Assembly: GCF_000143415.4 (NCBI RefSeq)
Contig: NW_003314393.1
Span: 26,199 to 90,198 of the forward strand
DNA length: 64,000 bases
Direction: 5' to 3'
From: Selaginella moellendorffii
Lineage: Eukaryota; Plantae; Lycopodiophyta
Shown here in pieces: positions 24,660 to 38,000 of this stretch; within the stretch, counting starts at the first letter, position 1; every line of letters begins with the position of its first letter. The position numbers and the translations under genes were made by a program. Under the pieces are notes generated by a model. That model made no database searches. It was not told the origin of the DNA and saw only the letters and a program-made list of their open reading frames with translations.

Positions 24660-27522
24660 TAGAGGAAGCGCCAAGGTTAGCCTCAATGGTCTTGGTCTCC
24701 AGAAAAAGGCAACCACTTTGATCGCTGTGGGCTTGGTTGATTGAGTGTAGATTCATCTCAAGTATCCAATGAAGTTTCTGCTAGTCATGCTAGAGGCAAT
24801 GATGAGCATCACAATGATGTGGATGTTGAGATGGACACTCAAATCGTGTTATTGAGGCTGTTGGTATTGGTGCTCCTGAGGCTACAACTACTGATAGTAG
24901 GGTACTTACGTTTGATGTTGGTGGTGGTGGGGGTGTTGTGCCTTCGGTTGTTGAGGCTGGTCGCAGCAAGGTAGATGAACCAGCTGAGGAGGTAATTAGT
25001 AGCGTTGTAAGTGGATCTACTGCAGAGGCTATTGGGGGGATGTTCTGCTCCTACTGCTCCTCGGGCTAGTGGTGCAAGGGGAGCTAGTGGTGGTGAGGGA
25101 TTATGCATGCATGATTCTGACACCATCTTGAATGATCGTGTTCGGGACACAATTATCCAAACTCAAGAATGGACAGTCAGTAAAGTGTTACAGGAAATGG
25201 CGTGGAATGGCCCTCATCAATTTCAAGTTCCTTTGTGCCGGTTGGTTCAAAGCCATTAGGTGCGCTCAGCTTACGACCTCAACATGGCAATCTATAGCTC
25301 CTTTGTCGAGGTCGGGTTTGGGAGCACAACTGGTACCTTCATCGTTTCAGCAACTTTCCTTGGAACCGGTAGGACAGAGTCAGTGACTACTGAACTTGAG
25401 GAAAAATGGGATCTTATATGGCTGCGAAAGTCTCGTGAGTTTGATTGATTCTTAGGACAACATGTAGAGATAGCAGGGTTCATTGGAAAGCTCTTTTGGG
25501 TGATCGATGGAAACCATAGGTGGTTAGCATTTTGGAAGTGCATTCAAGAGAAGTTTTGAGATGATGAAGAACGACACATTAGTGTTCCAGTCACACTTGT
25601 CGAACCAATGACTCGGGAGTACACTATGAAGCTCAACATGGCATGCCATAAGATCAACATGTAAGAATTTATTTTTTGTAAACTTAGCCAATATCGTGTT
25701 TTTGCAGGCTAAACCAATTTGTGTTTCAAGCTTATACATTGGTACATGACATTGAACACCTTCGGTTTATCGGCATGCTCTCGCTAGAGAAGGTCCAAAC
25801 GTTGTACAATCGTGAGGTCTTTGAAGCAATTCGAGTGAAGCTAGCAGCTAGGAAAGGCCAAGAATTGCAGACTTGGTATTAGCTGCCACCTTATTTTCTA
25901 GTTGCTGTCTGGGCAAAGGTAAATTAATATTGAAGTTTGTATCGACTTATATAATGTTTCTTGCAGCCCATAATCAAAGGAGAAAGAGCCTCATTCTTTA
26001 AAAATGCCTAAGGGGATGAGCAGCAGAAGGAGATGGAATGGAATGCGATTGAGCAGCAAATTTTGAATACGAAGAGAACAAAGGTGAAAAAGTTGGTCTC
26101 GATTGCAAACATACGATGTGGGCAGGAATGGCTTGATAGCATTGCCAAGATTTGTTCTCACATTCATAAGTTCTTCTAAAACTTGTGAAACATTTCATAA
26201 CTCTTTGTGTGTGTAGGAACTGATAAAGCACCGGAGGAACTCATTTACAACATCTCCAAGAGTAAAATGTCCTTTGCTGAACAAAGCGTCTGCTTGGAAC
26301 TTCTCAACACTTGGCTGCAAAACAACGAAAAACGTTGTGAGATAAGGATGGAGAAGGTGATGAAGGAGAAGGCATACATTTTTCAGAGTATTGCCGATGG
26401 TGAGGAGATATTACAAGTTTGGGATGAGAAGTTTCTTTCCAGCACCCGCACATGTATCACTCTCGAAGAATATATTCGTGTTTGTCTTGCGGAGCTAGGG
26501 AATGGTTGGCTTCCATGTGGTGGGACGAGTTCAGTTGAGTTCAAGAACCAACCAAGACAACCATTTCTTGCGAGGTGCATGGTTTAAAAGTATTTTCTCA
26601 ATTCTCATTTATATATTGGTATTTATATTTTTGTTTTACTTTGTAGATATTTAAAATATTGCCCTAGCGCACCGGTATACACAGTCGGTGTTTTGCAGAA
26701 GCTCCTGACTAGAGGCAAGAAGCTTGGGATGTATGAGCCAGAGTTCTACTGTCCTTGTATACATGAGAGGGAGCTATGCCCATGGTACCTTGAACTTGTG
26801 GAGCAAATGCCGACATCGAACTTCGAGCTAGATCTCTACCTTGAATGTCATCTAGGTTCACTTGAAACTCAGCACTTAGCTAGGAAATATTAACCTTGAG
26901 TTATATTCTTATTTTCCAGAGGCTCTTTCTAACTATGATAACGACGTTATTGAAGTTCAACAACTAAACACAAGAGTCCAGACTCAGGAAACCATTTAGG
27001 AGATGCCAAATCCAAATACTGTTGAACCAGAGGAAATTGTACAGGAAATTCCAGCATAAGAAATTCCATTACCTGCTCCTCACAACCCTCGAAGGGGCCA
27101 TTGTGAAGCTTTTCATGAGAGTAAGGACTTTGATTTAGAACATTCTTTTATTCATTCTTGACTTCACTTTTTTTTTAATAGATGTTGTAGAGAGCAGCTA
27201 TCAATCTTCTTGGCGGACTAAGACATTCTTCCCATCCCTCCCTATGGCTACAGATGATGACCTGGAAGAGCTCTCCTTTGCAGCTATGCATAAACAAGTT
27301 AGTAAGCATGAATTTTATCTCCAACTTTTAGTTCTAGTAATTGATTTTCAGATTCGCCCTCTATCCCCAACGGCCAATGTTAGGGAAGTTGCTATTCTCA
27401 TTGGGGATTACATGCAGCTTTTAGATGCTACTAGTCAAGAGCTTTACATGCTTGATCGGTGGATCCATGGTCTGGGTCAACTCACACCTTATGGGAAGAT
27501 TGGTTTCATCTTTTTCGATCTT
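24660..27522 (+). pseudogene. Older ParB-like / beta-class DNA methyltransferase-like gene, 5' part (multi-exon, decayed)
   Basis: FQVPLCRLV...KLFWVIDGNHRWLAF (~25215-25540, ParB/Srx DGxHR motif). Later ILIGDYMQLLD...KIGFIFFDL (MTase start and motif IV strand). Stops and frameshifts throughout; start coordinate approximate. Confidence 0.72.
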
Positions 27523-29080
27523 AAGCTCTATTTCGTTAAAGTGGGATTTATTCAGTAAAATGGGACTAGGTACAAATTTTCAAGTATTTGAAAATGACGT
27601 GAAATTATATGTTTTTTGTCCAGGGGCTAGACATATCTGGGGCATGGTGACTAGCGCGGTGACTTTGTGTCCAGACTGAGTCCATCTGGTTGTATAATAA
27701 ATCTCATTGTCAAGGTGAACAAGCCGAATCTGAAGCTAAAGAAGAGCAATGGCATGCGCGCACACACTATTTGTTTGTTCATTGAGCGTGTGGTGAGCTT
27801 TCCAAGATGAATATCATTCCTATTAGCCAGACATATAACTTAATGGTGAGAACATTTAGATATTATTCAATGTTATCTTTTTCTAACGAATCTAATTGTG
27901 AAGGTGTAGCAAGAGGCATTGCTAGTCTGGAGAAGTCATTTAACTCATTTGACCCTTAGTGTATTTTCATGAAACTAAATAACATTCATATTATTAAGGA
28001 ATTTCTCTAGTACCTTTTTTTTACGACATAGAGGCTTGCATTTCTTTCAAAGGTGATTTAGTAAAAGGCCTGAGGGCACATGCCATTCTATTTCTCAGAC
28101 CGGTATTAAGATATACTAGTGCAAAGGGAAAAAGGTATTTGGTGATCAAGTAAATGGTATGAGGGCACACGCCATTATAAGCCTAAGCGCTAGTGGACAC
28201 CTCCTTTTTGGTACTCTCAGTGGTACTATCATCCTTCTCCAGGTCAGTTATTTTGCTTTGGATTGTTGTCTCTGACGTTACTGGGGCGTTCTTGATAATT
28301 GTTAATATTGCTGTTTGTTCAGAAAAATGATCACCTGGAGTATAGTACGGGGAGTTTGGAAGACTTATATATTCTACATCTTCACCTATCTCCTTCTCCG
28401 TTTCCTTTTCTGCCTCACTTACAGATTTTGTGCTTGCCATGAGAACGCTCTTCACCCTAAAATATGGAGTTCGTTGTGTTATAAAAGGAAACCAACACAC
28501 ACGTTGCAAGGGAATGATGGTACATAAAGCACGTAAGCCCACAATATGGGTTTATGTGCTATTAATATGGGCCACACACCATATTATTAGATTTATGCAC
28601 GTGTGATTGGTAAATGCATATGTCACATCATCTTTGTTTTACCTCACACACTATATCAGGCCTAATGAACCATATCACATGTGCGCACATGCTATATATA
28701 TGGAGAAGTATTATGCAAGGATAGAAAAATTCAATGCATGATTGTGGAGAGCAATGGCATGAAGCCACATGCTAAATAACATTTTAGAGAAAGAATTAAA
28801 ATAAAAACATGCAAATAGTACTGAGTGGACCAAGACTTAGAAGTGCACAATTGAATGAGGTATTTCTAATAAATATTTCACTCACCTCATATAGGAATGG
28901 CTACCACTCTCAAATGGCATATTGCCTCATGCTATCACCTCGCAATTTGTTATAACAATCTGATGAATTCATATTCGGCTTGTTCACCTTGAACTTTAAG
29001 TAAGATTTGCTAGAACAACTAAGAATTTATACTTGTTATTTGTATCATCTCACCTAGGAATGGCGTAAGGCCACATGCCA

Positions 29081-31834
29081 TCACACCTCCTCTGATTCAG
29101 ATTCGGATTGTTCACCTTGAAATAAAATACATTAGAAACTTAGTAAAGGAATATTAATGAATCTCACCTTGAACCCGGGTTATGAATGCTCTTGCTGCAT
29201 CTCTTGCATGGTCTGGCAAGGTGATGGTGGCACTCTGCTTCCGCATCCAACCATGCACAACATTATCCACCGATATGCTCATGTTGGGATCCCTTGGATT
29301 CAGCACCCATCTCTTTTCTAGGCAATCCTTCGTATATCCGGAACTTGGCTTGAACCACTCCACAGTTACATTGAAGGAGTTAGTTTCCGCATCCTCCTCT
29401 GCATCAGTGATGCAGCGCCCCACCCATATCATTTGTTTTTTATTATTGGGTCTGACAAGCACGACCATTCCTTTGCAGACCTGTACTGGATTGAATGCTG
29501 AATCCGGCTTCTTGTTCCTCGGCCCACAATAGTGATCCTCAACATCGTTATCTGTCACTGCATTTCCAGAGGACATTGTTCCGCTACTATCTGGTGCTCT
29601 GGGTTCTAGCCAAAAGGACTCTTCCAATTCTTCATATACAACCAGCCCATTTTGGATAGCAGATATAATCTTCTCCCAGTATTCGAGCAAAGGCTTGCAC
29701 CTCTGAAAATAGGATTCTCCACCAAACACCAACCCCCTCTTCCAGAAGGCAATATGCTGTCTAATCCTGGCCACTATACTTTCCTGGTCTTTGAGTCCAT
29801 CCGGGTGCATCGGCCGTGGGGAACCCTGAGGAATCATAGGTTCCCCAGTTATGGGATCTCTCTTGAAGAGTTCAATGCCGTCCACTGGCAGCCACACTGT
29901 GTCCCATTCTCTCATCTTGTACCTCATCACTGGAGCACCGTCACGCATGCTGAAATGAAACTGAAGAGGCTTGGAGTGGCCAATCAGCATTTCGGATCCG
30001 TCCCTGATGTAGCCTCTTACAAACCCCTTAAAGTCTGGAACCTCTGTCACAAGTGCAGTTTCAACAGTGCCTTTGATGCAATTTTGGAATTCATCGTAGA
30101 GTTGTGGGAGGGTGAGGACATTGGATCGCCGGAGGGACTCTGCCAGGTGACTGAACATAGCATCGACGTCTTCATGAGTGTGCCCAACCATGAGAAAGCC
30201 AAGTGTAACCGTTTCAAATATGCCTTTGGCAACAAGCATCGCCAAGTACGTGAAGACGTACATGGTTTTGTTCTCACTGCCAGCATTGTCTGTTTGGAGC
30301 AGAAGATGGGGTGGAAGGCCACATCGGCCGCAAGATACTGCAAGCCTTTGCTCCTCCTCCAGCTGAACCCTTTATGGGGTTTGATCGACAAGGGCCTTAT
30401 GCAAGGGTTGGCCGTTCAGCTCAGTCTGCGCACTTTGCAGAGACCTTAAGTGTTTTGCTAGGGACGCAATCATCATGTTTGCACCCCCCCACCCCATAGA
30501 GGTACAAAGAAGTTCCCATAGTTCTGGGCACCATGCCCATGAGCGATTATGCCAAACAGAGACACAGGCAGCTGCATGGATGAAGAGATTGCCTTGGGGG
30601 CAGGATTGAATCGAGGTAAGCACGTCTTTTTCTTGTCCATTTTGTCGTGGATGATGCAGAGGTAAGAGTCAGGTCTCTCCATGGAGAGAATCCTGTTATG
30701 ATAATATGCAGTCCTGCAGCTTCTCTGCTCGATGTTGTGGTCGAGCCGCCTTCTAACCAACGTCTCTCGCTCTTGAGCGCTGCAAGAATTCTTCGACAAA
30801 GCCATTTTGATAGCAGTGCACTCGTCACACTTTGAAAAGCTGGAGTACTTTCCTATACTCACATCCCTGAACCTGTTGCTCCACAATCTACTAAATCTAG
30901 ATTGGCTCAGCTTCCTGTAGCCATTACTCTGGAGTTCCCGATTCACATCTTCCAATATGGCCCCCTTGGTATACATGGAAGGGAGAACTCGTTGGGTGTC
31001 TCGAGTTCCATCTTCCAAGAGGCGGGTTTTATATGGTTGCTGCTCGCTACATGTCTCGACAAACCTCTTGAAGATTGCCTCTCCATATACAACATGACCC
31101 TTGGTTTTGTGAGTACCGTCGTTCCCATGGACTGCCTGTTGAACCCTTTGTTCCTCGAACTCAGTTTTGATTCTGTAGAATGTGGTTCGAGGGACTCCAT
31201 AAATGATTCTCCATGCCTTCATGCAGACCAAACCCCTCTGGAAGACCATGCCCCCCACCTGATGTTCTGAAGCATCAACAAATGACCATAATGCCTTATA
31301 CACAAAATTGCGAGCTGCCTTCCAGGACAATGTCTTGTATCTTGCTCTCTCCTCTTCAATAGCATCCCAATCAGCATGTTGACAGCACCTCCTCTTGCAA
31401 CAAGCAACTGTCGAGACCATTCGAACCTCCATCGCCATTTTCTACCTTTTCGGTTCTTTGCTCAGATCCCTTTGGCTGCGCTTTAGGAAGGTGTATTTTC
31501 TTTTCCCATGAAGAGATGTTCTGTCATTAGTTGTAGTGGTGTTTGATTGTGAATCCTTCACATTCTCAAACACTAAGTGCCTCAATTTCCACCGCACAAT
31601 GCTTCCAATAGTCAGACTGTTTTCTTCTGTGTCAACAACCTCTAAAATCACAACTCCAATATCATCCCAGCCCAATTCTTGATTACCAACCACATCTCTT
31701 GGATTGACAACTATGGCTAAGCCCTCAGCTACCACCTCCCCCTCGGGGTTGTTTAGAAACACCTTTGCCTGAATTCATATAGCACGGTTCTTAAGATCCA
31801 CGGAGGGAACATGTGTCGCACTTGCGGAGGCCAT
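29081..31834 (-). pseudogene. Sola-type transposase, copy 2, disrupted
   Basis: Relative to copy 3: N-terminal deletion (~31827), stop at ~31442, 1-bp deletion at ~30488 and a 144-bp deletion at ~30334. Confidence 0.92.
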
Positions 31835-34800
31835 TCTGAAAGTGCAGAAAAGAAGTTAAGACCATACAAAAAATGATTGGAGAATGGCCTAAATCATAAC
31901 ATACCAAACAACCTCAATAGCATGAGGCCACATGCCATTATTCAAACATGCTATTGACACCCATATGAAATTTCACATTCACAAAATTGGCATGAGGCCT
32001 CATGCCATCTTGATATACACACAGCTGCAGGCAAGTAAAAACATACATGACAATACGCTAGCCATGAAATTGCAAGGGCCCAAGATGGCATGTGGCCTCA
32101 TGCCATTTCTAAATGTGGTCCTAAGCCATTCCATGGTGAACATACCAGGAAGCACAAGTGCCGAATATCAAGAGGAAGCGGTAGCCACACCAAAGACAGT
32201 GCCGCTCGCAACACCGCAACTACTTGTAGCGCTGCTCGCAACACCGCAACTGCTCATAGCGCCGCTCGCACAAACTGCCACTCGCATAAACTGCCGCTCG
32301 CAATGGCGCTCGCAATGCCGCAACCGCTCGTAGACGCATAAACCACAGCCCACAACGCCGCTTACACAAGCAGCGCTCACTGTGCTCAGCGGAACCAAGA
32401 ACACGGCGCACAAAAATGATAGACTTAGGAATGAGTTCGAGAATTCAAAAATAACACACGCTTGAATGTCACATCAAATCCTCTAACAAACCAGATCTTA
32501 TGACTCCTCTGTCAAATTTCAAACTGAGTAGCTTCTAGACTTTGCTGTCGGAGGTTGAACTTTGTCACATCATGTCCTTGCCTCGATCCAGCTGTGCCAT
32601 GTCAGTGATTTGAACTTTGCCATGCCATGTCAGCGATCCGTGCCAAGATTATTCGCCGTGTAAAGGAATAATTATGCTCTGTGTGTACGTCCATTTATGG
32701 CAATATAAGGCCACACGCCATTCAAAGAATAATGCTAGTCGAGCATTTTTTGGTGCATTTTTGGGTTCAAAATTGCATGAGCCCACACGCTATAAAGTTT
32801 ACCTGTACCAAAAATAGAAACAGCTTTATTTACTTGGGAATTTAAGTGGTTGAGGCATTTTTAAACTTACAAACACATGCCCTACTTACATTCCTTTGGT
32901 TGCTTAAAATTCAAAAATATTATAAACCTTTCTTTTTGCATTTTCAATGTTTTCAATTATGGTTTTTGATTTTCGCAGGACCAGCCTAGTAATCTATTTG
33001 CATCCCGTCATGTTTATAGCTAACTTTCGTTTGTCCCCTTCGCTAGCCTGAGATACATCTGCTCGGCATCTGCCTCTTACAGCATTTGCCCAGAAAGGGC
33101 ATCTTTCTTCACGTAGCATTTGCCACATGTTTAGGGTTTAGGGTTTAGCAATTCAATAGCTTGATAAACATGCAAATACAGAACTTGATGCAAAATCCTT
33201 TGATATGTCACAATGCCCCTAGGACCATAAACACATTTCAATAGAGAGGGTCCTTTCATTTCATAACTCCTTACGTAGATCTTGGTGAAACCAGAGTTAG
33301 TGAAGTTAGTTTCTTGTGATCTCGCATCTGATTGTGATGTCCCTTTGCAATGTCAATGGAAAGGTTAATGCACACCAAACTGTAAAATCTTGGAGCAAAA
33401 TAACGGTCGGATCTATGGCAAATGCCCCTGAAACATTGTAAGGCTCGTGTGGTCTCATGTGGTGTCTGATCGAGATGCTTCTTTGTAGGGTTATCAAGAA
33501 AGACATTGTATACCATTCTGTAAAATCTAGTTGCGATCTAACGGTTGGATCTCCAGAAAACTCAAAAAAATCTCGAGCGTGTTAGAATATTCTAGGAATA
33601 TACTCCTATGTGCCCCTGAAAATGGCATGCGGCCCCATGCCATTCAAGAGATAACGCCAGATGACGCCGAGCATTTTTTGGTGCATTTTTTGGGATCAAA
33701 ATTGCATGAGCCCACACGCTTGAACGTCACATCAAATCCTCTGACAAACCAGATCTTATAATTCCTCTGACAAATTTCAAATTGAGTAGCTTCTAGACTT
33801 GGCTGTCGGACGTTGAACTTTGTCACATCATGTCCTTGCCTCGATCCAGCTGTGCCATGTCAGTGATTCGAACTTTGCCATGCCATGTTAGTGATCCGCG
33901 CCAAGATTATTCGCCGTGTAACTGCTCGGCATCTGCCTCTTACAGCATTTGCCCAGAAAGGGCATCTTTCTTCACGCAGCATTTGCCACATGTTTAGGGT
34001 TTAGGGTTTAGCAATTCAATAGCTTGATAAACATGCAAATACAGAACTTGATGCAAAATCCTTTGATATGTCAGGACCATAAACACATTTCAATAGAGAG
34101 GGTCCTTTCATTTCATAACTCCTTACGTAGATCTTGGTGAAACTAGAGTTAGTGAAGTTGGTTTCTTGTGATCCCACTTCTGATTGTGATGTCCCTTTGC
34201 AGTGTTGATGGAAAGGTCAATGCACACCAAACTGTAGAATCTTGGAGCAAAATAACGGTCGGATCTATGGCAAATGCCCCTGAAACATTGTAAGGCTCGT
34301 GTGGTCTCATGTGGTGTCCGATCGAGATGCTTCTTTGCAGGGTCATCAAGAAGGACATTGTATACCATTCTTTATTTAGCTGAACATCTGGCATTTTTGG
34401 AAATACAAGATGCTTTGGAATATCCAATCATGCATGGTATAAATATAGCGAGGGTATTAAATGATATCCCAATCATGATCTTTCTTTTGGATTTCGTGTG
34501 CATGTAGTCCGAGGAATGATGACATTGCGGATTTCTTTTGGATTTCACGTGCATGCATACGCGCGGCGATCCAGAAATTAATGGTGGCGCCCAAGTCTGA
34601 GGAATGATGACGTTGCGGGATTACCAACCGTCGTGACATTTCACGCGTGTGAGGTTAGGTTTTGCATCGTACTCGCGCTCGCATCGCGCTCCCACTCGCG
34701 ATCACGCTCACATTCGCGCTCATCTACCTTCTCTACAGGTTTCTCGTGTGCATCGGTGTCCACTCGCGCTTGCATCACACTCGCGCTCGCATCGCGCTCG

Positions 34801-35026
34801 TGTGCATCGGCGTCCACTTCAAGACACACCCAGTTTGTAACTTCGCCGCCAACTCCGCCGCCCACTCCGCCACCCACACGCAGCCCACTTGGCATCCCGG
34901 CAGATTTCAGCGCCACTCTCCAACTGTAAGTGGCAGAGTAGCCTTGCTGCTACGATCCGCTGCACACACAGTGCACATTCGCCAACGAGTCCGGCCTCGA
35001 TTGTCACGGCCTCCATTCGGCTTCAA

Positions 35027-38000
35027 ATGGTAAGTCTTTTAGGCCAAGTAGAAAATGGCATGAGGCCACATGCCATTCAGTAGCAACATTGGCATGCACC
35101 GATTGGGCTCTCGAGTGCAGTCCGGTTACAGATGGCGTGTAGCCTCACGCCATCTTAGGATGCAGCCTCAAGACATCTGATGCAGTGGTGAATGGCGTGT
35201 GGCCTCACATTATTTCCAGCTGCTAGCTTTACATCTGTCAGCTCTAATTGTTGTGCATTTCTGAACAGGCGAGGAATTGCGTTCTTCTTCCAGCCACTGT
35301 CAATGTGGATGCAGAGAAGGGGGAGGAGCTCACCAGTTGGACTTTCGGGATGGAAGGCGAGGATCTGAGGCTGTACAACACAGATGGTGGGAGAAAAGAA
35401 TGCATGGGGATCCTCATCCAAGTGACAGACACTCCATGCAATTCCATGCAAGAATATAGACTGGCACTTGTGGTAGAGACAGCGTCCGCCTTCAATATCC
35501 ACCTTGCACATCCTAGCAGCTTCCCGGAGGGGGGCAGCGGCTATGAGGAATTCCTAGAGGGAGCTAGGGAGAGGTTGTCCAAGAGGCCTACAATTTCAAA
35601 GATGCTGCGGGTCTATGAAGATCACATGGAATCCACGGACCTCACCTACGGCGATGTTCAAAAACTATATTCCAACATTGAGCCGTTGAGAGTGCCTCCA
35701 GTTTGCGAAGCGAAGGGGAAGGGGGTCGATCTGGAAACTACCCCGAAGCAGAAAAGGGTGGTCAAGCTCAAGCCGACGTCTGACTCTGCTGCTCCAAAAA
35801 AGAAGCTACTCGGTGATGCCATTGCCTCGGGTTCGAACACTACACCCACCAAAAAGAAGAGCCGCAAAGAGCAAAAAGAGCAAGAAGAGGCAGCAAAAAT
35901 CGTCGCAGATAATAGTACTTGTTACTATTCCAACAAAGTATATACAATCGACGTGAGCCGTATCGACATCCAAAGCAAATATAACCACAGGCTAGTATCT
36001 GATGAGTGGGTGGAGAAACTGAAGCAGAAGATGCTGGCAAGTCCAGTAACACCCGACATCGCAGACGTGATCCCCTACTACCGAACAATGAAGGGCGAGA
36101 CGAGGTTTCTAGACTTGATCAATAGGAAGGTGTTGGACGATAAAAACATCCGGTTCTATGCCGACTCTGGGCAACATTCTAGCTTGGCGATGCAACAGAT
36201 AGTTGTGGATATTATGGTGGGCGAGGAGGTGAAGAAAGTCTTCAAGACAAGATTTGTCCGCCTGATAAAAGGCAACTCGCCCCTCCGATCTATCATATAC
36301 ATCTCCCACGCGCAGAATGTCAAGCAAGAAACGTGCTACAAATCGGGTTTGCACGAGACATTGGCACAAACACAGAAGCTCTAGGTTCAACTGAAGAAGC
36401 CACAAAAACCAGGACAAGGACATGCACTATCAACTAGCGCCTGGCAGGTAAGCCTCGTTGCATGTGGCATAGCATGTGGCCTCACGCCATTTCCATTGCA
36501 GGAATTCTCGAGTCTTCTCTCGAAAACACAGGGGGTCAATGACACACTTAGCATCCATAACATTCTACTCGCGACAAAAGTTGCTTTTGACAAATGGGTA
36601 GATGTGCTGAGGAGGTACCATGACGGGGAGTTGCTAAACTCAATGGGTGTGGAGGACGGCCGGAAGCCCAATGATTTGAAGCTCAACGCCTTGCATTTCT
36701 CACGGTCTCTAGACGACGACGACCTTCTGACAGTGGCTAATGCTCTTCTACGTGGTGAGGTAGTCTTCAACAAGACCAAAATGACTCCCGGCCATATTGT
36801 GACATACGAGGACTTGTGCACGACTCTGAGAGCTCGTGCGCTATTGAAGGATTGGATCTTCGAGCAAGTGGCCATGGAGAGGGTGAGCATCGACACCACG
36901 CAAGAGATGATGGAAGAGCTGGAGTTGTCAAATGAAGACATCGACGAGTACGTGAAGGGGGCCCCCAAGTTCATCGATCTGCTGCGGGATGCCACGAAAA
37001 GTAAAGCTGAGAAGTTGGATCAGTATCCAAATTTCATTAAGAGGGATGTCGACCGCTGGCTTCAGAAACAGCTCGACCCCGCAACAGAGGCCTATCGAGA
37101 ACCTTACCGGGTATACGTGAATTCGGATGAGGATCAAAGGTGGAGGAGCATCGTTTCCCGCGGAGATGAGCAGGTCAAGAACATCTTTTGTGTGATGGAC
37201 TTCACAAACGAGGAGATCACTCATGCAGACGAAGTCAGCTCCATCATTGACTTAATGGTGGGACTTGCGGAGGTGGAATCTTCAGTCCACTATATGATCT
37301 ACGACTCCGAATCCTATCACAAGTTCTGGAAGGCCTTGAACGAGGTGAAGGCTTGGTTGAAAGGCAAGAAGATGCAGGAGATCCATGGGATAATGGCTAA
37401 GAAGAAGATACCGACGAATGTCCACATCTTCACACTCGCCCTTGTTATTGGTCCTGCAGCAGAGTGGGACTGGAGTGACTTCCCAGCTTCGTTCGACAAG
37501 GCCGATCGAATTGATCTGAGGGAGGTCAATTTACCCGTGCCTGAGGAACTGAAGACGGCTATGGAGCTTTCGAATCCAGAGAAAGCTCCAGGTGCAGCAT
37601 GGGAAATGCTCAGCTGGGTCTTCAACGCAATAGCGGGTGGGTCACCTGCTTCCGACTCCAAGGGCAAATGCGTTGTCGAGTACAACTGCGGCAGACTATT
37701 ATTTCGAGCCACACTACTCAAGGGTGTCCCGTATGTTGCGGTGACAAACTCCATTGAAGAGGTGACTTCAATGGAGCATATAATTACAGTTGCCAAAGAA
37801 AAACAGTATCTTCTTTGCGAACCTGGTGAGTACACACTTTAAGTTTAAATGTTATCTCACAAGCTCTGTATGCAGGAGCGTGGCCACCCCCAGATGCTGA
37901 AACGGCGTTAACAGCTACTGTTGAAGATACCTATGTTGGGCCGAGCTCACAACCTGCACAAGGTAAGGTCACGTGAGGCCTCACGCCATTTTGATTATAG

